A stretch of DNA of 61,618 bases, counting the filler, from Chiloscyllium plagiosum (taxonomy: Eukaryota), in assembly GCF_004010195.1 (NCBI RefSeq). It is 4 parts of one record of this genome, joined end to end, with 100 filler letters (N's around TTAATTAATTAA, not from the genome) between each part and the next. Parts side by side here need not be neighbours in the genome. Positions count along the whole stretch, not along the records: positions 51,583 to 58,129 come from NC_057715.1; positions 58,230 to 61,618 come from NC_057715.1; 2 more parts are not named here. One strand, written 5' to 3'. The position numbers were made by a program, and so were the translations under genes. The notes under the pieces are model-generated. The model did no database searches and was not told the origin of the DNA. It saw only the letters and a list, made by a program, of their open reading frames with translations. This document shows, in pieces, positions 53,150-61,618 of the stretch. The stretch's first letter is position 1, and each line of letters begins with the position of its first letter.

Positions 53150-53680
53150 AGACAAAGAAACTGTAGATGCTGGACTCCAAAGTGGACAAGCAGGAGGCTG
53201 GAAGAGCACGGCAAGCCAGGCAGCACCAGGAGGTGAAGAAGTCAATGTTTCAAGTATAACCCTTCTTCAGGAATGGAGGTAGGGTAGGGAGAGCTCCAGA
53301 CAAAGAGAAGGGGGGTAAGGGTCATGGAGGGACAGAGTGGTGAGGTGGTGATAGATGAATACAGATGATAGGTACAACCTGGTAGGTCAGTAGGAGGAAT
53401 GAATCCTGTTGGTAGCTGGAAGGAGGGGTCAGTTGGAGGGATGGAAGGGAGGAAGCGGGGTTGGAAAGGGAGTTGAAATTGGAGAACTCAATGTTGAGTC
53501 TTCTGGACTGTAGGTTGCCCAAGCGGAAGATAAGATGTTGTTCCTCTAAATTACAGTCTGATTCACTGTGCCAATGGAGGAGACCAAGGATGGGCATGTC
53601 AGAGAGTGAGTGGGAAAGGGATTTGAAATGGGAAGTGACTGGGAGGTCAGGCTTACCCTTACTGGTCCAGCTTAGATGGT
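53150..53680 (-). mobile_element. Older PLE 3' fragment (GIY-YIG C-terminus and terminal repeat)
   Basis: ILGLLH...LEEQHLIFRLGNLQSRRLNIEFSNF. Confidence 0.8.
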
Positions 53681-56600
53681 GCTTTGAGGCTCATGGTTAA
53701 AGGCAGCTAATTCTAAGAGAAATAGATACATAAAGTCATACAGCACGGAACCAGACCCTTCAGTCCAACCAGTCCGTGCTGACCACAATCCTAAACTAAA
53801 CTGGTCCCACCTGCCTGCACTTGGTCCATATCCCTATAAACCTTTCCTATTCATGTACTTAGCCAAATGTGTTTTAAATGTTGTAATTGTACTCACATCC
53901 ACCACTTCCTCAGGAAGATCATTCCACACACTCACCACTCTCAGTGTGAAAAATCTTACCCTCATGTCTTTTCTAAATTTCTCTCCTCTCACCTTAAAAA
54001 TGTGCCCCCAGTCTTGAGTCTAGAGAAAAGACAACTGCCATTAACTCTATCTGTACACCTCATTGTTTTATAAACTTCTATATGGTTGCCTCGCAACTTC
54101 CTATGTTCCAGTGAAAAAAGTCCCTGCATATTTAGCCTCTCTTTCTAACTCAAACCTTCCACAACCAGCAACATCCTGGTAAATCTCTTCTGACTCTCTC
54201 CAACTTGATAATATCCTTCCCAGAACTGGGCGACCTGAGGTGGACACAATGTTCTAGAGAAAGCTCACAAATGCCCTGTACAGCCTCAACATGACTTCCC
54301 AACTGCTACATTCGGGTTTTTAAAATTGTCATTGTCCTGTCTGAATAAAACCTCACTTATTGCTACTGGAGTCTGAGTTCCTTTGGAACTGTCGGCAGAG
54401 AACTATGGGTGCTTTGTCTGTAGTTCCTGTGATGGTGAACTCACAGAAGGAATCCTCTGCGAAATTATGGATGTCTTTTGTTACTGGCTGTATATGAGAA
54501 TGCCAAAAGAGACTAAGGAATGGGATAGAATTTAGTCATGGCAAAGTTGCAATGTTAAATTAAAATTATCGCAGTGCCACAATTCAATATTTGACAAAAT
54601 GCACTTCCAAGATATTTCAGCAAAACCCAGTAAATTAAAATCAGGGGACAAACTCTAGTGGGTTGAAGCTTTACCAGCGTGTAGGAAGATGTTGTAGTTC
54701 TTACTCGTCTCAACTCCAGGACATCACTGCAGGAGTTTCCCAAGGTAGTTTCCTCGGCCCAAACGTCTTCAGCTGTTTTATCCAACATAATGTCATAAGT
54801 GGGAGTGGTTGCAGAATGTTCAGCACCATTTGTGACTCCTCAGAAACTGCAACAGCCCATGTTCAGTTACAGAAAGATCTAGACAATATCCAGGCTTGGG
54901 CTGACGAGGGACTCTCACCTACTTAGCCCCCTCCAAATGTGCTTCCTTGAAGATAGCATCAGGGAAATTTATGTTCCTTCTCCTCCTGACTTCACCTATC
55001 AATAACTCTAATGAAGCCACTTTTAACCTGGGTACTGCCTTGGTTCATCCTAAACTCCTTCAAACTTCCACTTTGTGGATCAACTTTTTAAATGTAGTTA
55101 AAATCAAGTCATTACTTAGATTAGATTAGATTACTTACAGTGTGGAAACAGGCCCTTCGGCCCAACAAGTCCACACCGACCCGCCGAAGCGCAACCCACC
55201 CATACCCCTACATTTACCCCTTTAACCTAACGCTACGGGCAATTTAGCATGGCCAATTCACCTGACCCGCACATCTTTGGACTGTGGGGGAAACCGGAGC
55301 AGCCGGAGGAAACCCACGCAGACACGGGGAGAATGTGCAAACTCCACACAGTCAGTCGCCTGAGTCGGGAATTGAACCCGGGTCTCTGGCGCTGTGAGGC
55401 AGCAGTGCTAACCACTGTGCTACCATGCCGCCCACTAAGTCATGAGCTTGGCACGAACCAAGACAAAACAGCCAGCTTAATATGCACCACATTCACTAAA
55501 TTAAACATTCACTCCCTTCACAACACAGCAGCAACAAAGTGTTCCATTTCCAAGATGCAATGTAGCAACTCACCAAGAGTCCCCTGACAACATCTTCCAA
55601 ATCCATGAGCACTACGGGGGCAGCAGATACATGGGAACACCACTCCCTGCAAGTTCCCCTTCAAGCCACTCACCATCCTGACTTGGAAATATATCGCCGT
55701 TCCTTCAGCGTCACTAGGTCAAAATCATGGGAATCCCTCCTAACAGTGTACACGTCTTCCATCACATGGTCCACAGCAGTTATAGAAGGTGGTTCACCAC
55801 CAATGTCTCTAGGGCAATTAGGGATGGACAGCCAATACTGACTGTACCATTGGCACCATCACACCGTAAACAAGCATAAGAAAATTTACAAAAGTGTATC
55901 AAGCCCTATTTGCTGTTTGGAAACGCTGAGCTCAGTAGCCAAAATTAATTTGGTTAATTGAGTTGAGATTGCAGGTCTCAATCTGATCAATTGATTCCTG
56001 TGTTAGACTTAGAATTAGCTTAGACTTAGCTTAGAATTATTTTTGGGATCATCTTCTCTTCTTAAGCATTCCCTCTGGATTGAGGTGGACGTGCTTCCAC
56101 CATGGTTGATAGATTTTGCAATGGCTGGTCTGTTCAAAGTGTGATTAGCAGAATCTGCCACATGTGAAATAGGTGATGCTTGAAGAGTTGAGTAGGTGGA
56201 TTGTTCAAGATTTGCATGCTCCCTCCAATGCCTCGACTTCACCTCTGTCCATTCTCAGATAAAGTCTCCCTCTAGTGTTTGGTGCCTTTTCCAGTGAGCC
56301 TTTCCCATCTTGTCAGTCACGAGTTAAGGACTCCCAAGAGCTGGCAGGGATGATTCATCTCTTCATGGATACTTTGAGAACATCACATACATTTAGCTAC
56401 AATAAACTAACACAGATATACCAAGATACAAAGATAGAATCATAGAGTAATACAGTTGTACAGCACATAAACAGATCCTTCACTCCAACTTGCCCATGCC
56501 CACCAGATATTCTAAATTAACCTAGTCCCATTTGCCAGCATTCAACCCATATCCCTCTAAACCCTTCCTATTCATATACCCATCCAGACACCTTTTAAAT

Positions 56601-57399
56601 GTGGTAATTGTACCAGCCCCCACCACTTCCTCTGGCAGCTCATTCCATACATGCACCATTCTCTGCGTGAAAATGTTGCCCCTCAGGTCCCTTTGAAATC
56701 TTTCCTCACTCACCTTAAATTTATGCCCTCCAGTTTTGGATGCCCTGACCCTGGGAAGATGAGCATACGGAACAAGACCATAAAACATAGGAGCAGAAAT
56801 CGACCATTCAGCCCATCTAGTCTAATATTCCGTTCAATGAGATCGTGGCTAATTTGATAATCCTAAACTTGAATTTGCTGCAATTTCCCCATAACCCTCG
56901 ATTCCCTTACAAATTGTAAACCTATCTCAGCCTTCAATATATTTAACACAGCCTGAACAGCCCTCTGTGATAAAGAATTCCACCAATTCACTACTCTCTG
57001 TGAGAAGAAGTTCCCCATCATCTCTGTCTTACATGACCCTTACGCACAAACACAGCTACAGATACCCACAAAATGAACAAATTGGAGAGGACAGATTGTT
57101 TACATTTGTTGCTGACACTTTTGCCTTTTAACTAAAGTTGGATGAGTAAACGGGCAAGTTTGAAGTTAGTTAACGAGTCAAATGATTGGGTGAAACAGCA
57201 GCTTCATTCCCCATGAAAGTGCAGCTTGCTGACATGCTTTGACATCTGTCTGTGGGCAGCTAGAAAATATAACAGGTTAGAACAACAGGCTTCCTGGACA
57301 ATACATTTCCCAACTTGTGAGGAGTGTTTATAAATGGAATTATTGGCGACAGACAATGCAGACAGCTGGTCAGAATGAAAGTGATTTAGAAATTGAAGT

Positions 57400-58470
57400 T
57401 GTTACTTTCACAAGATAAACACAGATTCTGGGTAATCCAAAATGGAGGACGGGAAGAATTTCTGGCTGGAAGAGCTGCTCCTTTTTTTGAGGTATCTTAG
57501 ATGTTGGAGGTGATTTCCACGAATTCCAGGAGCAGCAATTATATGCTGTTGCATTGTTTTGGAATTTTGGGAAAAAAAAGTCAAAACAACAGCAGTTTTA
57601 AAAGGGAGAAGAGAGACAAAGGAAGCACATGGTGAGGTCAGTGCAGGAAAGAGAGAGAGAACCTGCACAGTTACTGCCTTTGCTGTTTGAATTCGTGTAT
57701 CGCTGGACATTGGAGTGCATCTGGGAAAATTAACAAACAGTGAAATTCAAAACTAATCTTGGAGGAACTGTTGGGCGAAGTTCACAGCACAGGATCAGAT
57801 AAGTTAATTGTTGTTTTAAGTCTGTCCAAGAGAAAGGCTGCAGTAGTGAGTATAGTGGATTCTTTCTTGATTATATGTTTTTGGAGATAAGTCTTTTGAT
57901 TAAACTTAAAGTATAAGCCATAGCTATTAATTTAACCTGGGACAGTGTTTATAGAGGAATAAGACGGTGTTATTTTCTGGGTCTGTAGATTGTGAAGGAG
58001 CAAAAATGGCCTTTGCAGTGATATGTACTTCTTGTCAGATGTGGGAGTTTAAAGAGAGTTTAAGGGTTACTGCGGATTATATCTGCCATAAATGCTGTTG
58101 GATGCGAATCTTATCAGATCGAGTGGATCNNNNNNNNNNNNNNNNNNNNNNNNNNNNNNNNNNNNNNNNNNNNTTAATTAATTAANNNNNNNNNNNNNNN
58201 NNNNNNNNNNNNNNNNNNNNNNNNNNNNNGGAGAAACTTCTTCACCCAGTGAGTGGTGGCTGTGTGGAATGCTCTGCCCCAGAGGGCAGTGGAGGCCCAC
58301 TCTCTGGATTCTTTTAAGAAGGAGTTGGATAGAGCTCTCAAAGATAGTGGAATCAAGGGTTATGGAGATAAGGCAGGAACAGGATACTGATTAGGAATGA
58401 TCAGCCATGATTATATTGAAGGGCTGAATGGCCTACTCCTGCATCTATTGTCTATTGTCTATTGTCTAAG
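57400..58470 (+). mobile_element. CR1-type LINE 5' UTR and ORF1 start (ATG 58006), gap, then ORF2 end with (TATTGTC)n tail; possibly one full-length element
   Basis: MAFAVICTSCQMWE...YICHKCCWMRILSDRVD has the CxxC...CxxC finger of CR1 ORF1; the 5' boundary is approximate. Confidence 0.7.
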
Positions 58471-59254
58471 TGCATTTAAGTCGTCATTGGACAAGCATAT
58501 GGACGTACATGGAATAGTGTAGGAGGGATAGGCCTCAGATTGGTATGACAGGACGGCGCAACATCGAGGGCCGAAGGGCCTGTACTGCGCTGTAATGTTC
58601 TATGTTCTATGTCCTATCATCAATCTAAATCTAACCTTAACCCTAAACCTAACCCTAACTCTAAATGTAAACCCAACCTTCACCTGAACCATAGAAATAT
58701 AGAAGACAGAGCAAGAGAAGGCTATTCGGCCCATCAAGCCTGCTGTGATCATGGTTGATCATTGAGCTCGTTACCCTAATCCTGCCCTACCCCCACATCC
58801 CTTGATCCCTTCAGCCACAAGATCTCTGTCTACTCCCTTCATGAAGACATAATGATTTGTCTGCGTACATTTCCTGTGGCAGAGAATTCCCCAGGCTCCC
58901 ACTCTCTGGCTGAAGACATTTCTCCTCAGCTCAGTCTGAAATGGCCTACCCATTATCCTTGAACTACGATCCCTGGGTCTGGAATCCCTCACCACCAGGA
59001 ACATCCTTCCTGTACCTAACCCACTCTAAAGACAGTCTGAAGCCAAACCTCGAAATCCAAACCTGACCCTGGGTCTCACTGCAATCCAACCCCATGTTCT
59101 AATCACAAAACCTAACAAGAGACCAACACGAACCCTGATGTCCAACCTTGGGCGTAAGGCTCACCACGTTCTGAACTATCCAGACTCTGAACCTGAAACT
59201 TCATCGCACACCAAACTGTATCCTTTCACCCTAACATTCATCATTCAACAGTAG

Positions 59255-59770
59255 TAACCCAATCCCTAACCTTATCCTTGTTTCCAAACCTATCTGTTTC
59301 CCTATCCCTATCCCGAATTCTAACCCTACTCATAACCCTATCCCTAACCCTATCCTTAACCTTATCCCTAACCCTATTCCTATCTCTATGCCAATTCCTA
59401 ACCCAGCCCCAACCCTATCCCTATCCCTAACTCTGTCCCTATGCCTATCCCTAACCTTATCCTTAAGCCTATCCCTATCCCTATCCCTATCCCTAACCCT
59501 ATCCCTAACCTTAACCCTATGCCTATCCCTATCCCAACCTCTAACCCTATCCCTATGCCTATCCCTATCCCTAACCCTAACCCTATCCCTAACCTTATCC
59601 CTAAGCTTATCCCTATCCCTAACCATATCCCTATCCCTAACCTTATCCCTATCCCTATCCCTATCTCTATGCCAATCCCTAACCCAGTCCTAACCCTATC
59701 TCTATGCCTATCCCTAACTCTATCCTGATCCCTAAACCTATCCCTATCCCTAACCCTAATCCTAAGCCCC
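59255..59770. repeat. Telomere-like hexamer array, mixed (CCCTAT)/(CCCTAA)/(CCTTAT)n; smaller patch at 58620-58690
   Basis: Directly visible 6-bp periodicity. Confidence 0.9.
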
Positions 59771-60484
59771 AAATCAATCCTCCATCTTTAGTTTTCCCAA
59801 ATTCAGACTATCCCTTTCCCTCTTTGTTAATGTAACCAGACGTAGCTCACATTAGCCTTAGAGCTCCACTGGAAAATGGGTGGGCTTTATCTCCTGTCCC
59901 TTGAGCAATTGGGCAGGAATTTGTCCCCTCATTTCTGCCCCCTGCCCTGTGTTGCTGCCTTGTACCTGGCCTTTGTACCCACCCCCAGACCCACCTTCTG
60001 GCTGTCCCTCCCTTGTTGGGGATTCCCACTGACAACCCTCCCAATCCTCACTTTACATTGATTGCTTGATATCCAAGAATGGGTGCAGTCCCACTAGAGG
60101 CCTCCAGACCTGGTGACACAGCTGAGATGAGGGAGCTGTCAGTCATCTAATTGGCCATGAGCTCTGAGAGGTGGGACTTCCTCCTTCAGCTCTGAGGGCT
60201 TCCTGCACTGGGTGAGTTCAGTCATGGACTGGACAATCCTGCTGCCACTAAAACTCAGTACCTCAAACTTGGCCGTTGTCCCACGTTGCTGTCTGAGGCA
60301 GCTTGCTGTATGGAAATTGGCAGCTGGGCTTTTTAAATTGCAACAAAGACTAAATTCCAAAAAAAAATCAAAGTTGTCATGTCCTGAGTTGAGGCAGTGA
60401 AAGCCACAAGAGAAATGCAAATTCCTTTCTGCATTTCATAGCCACTCCTCAAAGATTAACCCTGGGCCCCGATTAAACTTAGAA

Positions 60485-61100
60485 ACTAGGTCCAGGAGTA
60501 GGCCATTCGGCCCTTCAAGCCTGCTCCAACATTCAGTATGGTCATGATCATCCAATCTGTTCTCATTTTCTCCTCATAACCTTTGATCCCTTCAGCCCCA
60601 AGGGCTATATCTAACTCCTTCTTGAAAGCATTCAATGTTGTGGCCTCAACTGCTTTCTGTGTGAGAGAATTCCCCAGGCTCCCCACTCTCTGGCTTTCTC
60701 CCCATCTCAGTCTGAAATAGCCTACTCTGTATCCTGAGACTGTAACCCCTGGTTCTGGACTCCCTGGGGCATCAGGAACATCCTTCCTTCACTTACCCTG
60801 TCTAGTACTGTTAGAATTTTAAAAGTTTCTAGGAGATTCCCCTCACTCTTCTAAACTCTGGTGAACAGAATCCTAACCAATCCGGTCTCTCCTCATACAT
60901 CAGCCCCGCCATCCCAGGAATCAGTCTGGGAAACCCTTCGCTGCCCTCCCTCCATCACCAGAACATCCTTCCTCAGGTAAGGAGACCAAAACCACCCACA
61001 ATAGCCCAGCTGTGGTCTCACCAAGGCCCTGTACCATTGCAGCAAGACCTCCCTGCTCTGGTACTCGGATCCTCTCACTGTGAAGGTCAACATTTACCTT
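60485..61100 (-). mobile_element. CR1-type LINE 3' part; related fragments at ~20700-21285, 23975-24285, 45095-45320, 58690-59020
   Basis: YRALVRPQLGYCGWFWSPYLRKDVL on the - strand. Confidence 0.85.
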
Positions 61101-61618
61101 CCTCACTGCCCACTGCCCCTGTAATGCTTACTGTCATTGGCTGGTGTAGTAAGACCGGCTGTGCTTTATCCAGCATCGCCCTTTTTGACTTGGACTTTCC
61201 AATATCTGCAGTCCTCACATTCTCCTCATGTACAAAGATACCCAGGTCTCATCGCATCTTCTCCTCTCTCAACTTATCGCCATTCAGATCATAATCCTCC
61301 TTCTTAATTTTGTTCCTAAAATGGATAACCTCGCATTGATCCATTTTATGGTGCAAACAAATGGACCTTGGAGTGCAGGTTCATAGCTCCTTGAAAGTGG
61401 AGTCGCAGGTAGATAGGATAGTGAAGAAGGCGTTTGGTATGCTTTCCTTTACTGGTCAGAGTATTGAGTACAGGAGTTGGGAGGTCATGTTGCGGCTGTA
61501 CAGGACATTGGTTAGGCCACTGTTGGAATATTGCAGTTCTGGTCTCCTTCCTATCGGAAAGATGTTGCAAAACTTGAAAGGGTTCAGAAAAGATTTACAA
61601 GGATGTTGCCAGGGTTGG

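Overview
Repeat-rich vertebrate genomic DNA, most likely from a shark or other elasmobranch (inferred from HE1/V-SINE-type SINEs and CR1-type LINE tails). It has three assembly gaps. Two genes converge tail to tail. On the + strand are the last nine coding exons of a glycerophosphodiester phosphodiesterase (10767-35708). All introns are GT-AG with consistent phases, and the catalytic GHRG, ETD and HD motifs are intact. It is called GDPD4 from its sequence and its adjacency to MYO7A. On the - strand are the last two coding exons of MYO7A (47860-47979 and 44959-45048). The introns are filled with CR1-type LINE 3' ends, two tRNA-derived SINE families, simple repeats and many Penelope-like element (PLE) fragments. 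The PLE fragments carry minimal hammerhead ribozymes, often as fold-back palindromes. A candidate solo LTR lies between the two stop codons. The top candidate for novelty is MYO7A stop-codon readthrough: the UGA is followed by an 8-nt spacer, an extended stem-loop and 59 further open codons ending in ...SSSEDDYL*, a PDZ-ligand-like tail. This is a hypothesis from one sequence and needs conservation, ribosome-profiling or reporter tests. Exon coordinates were read at base level; most repeat boundaries are approximate.
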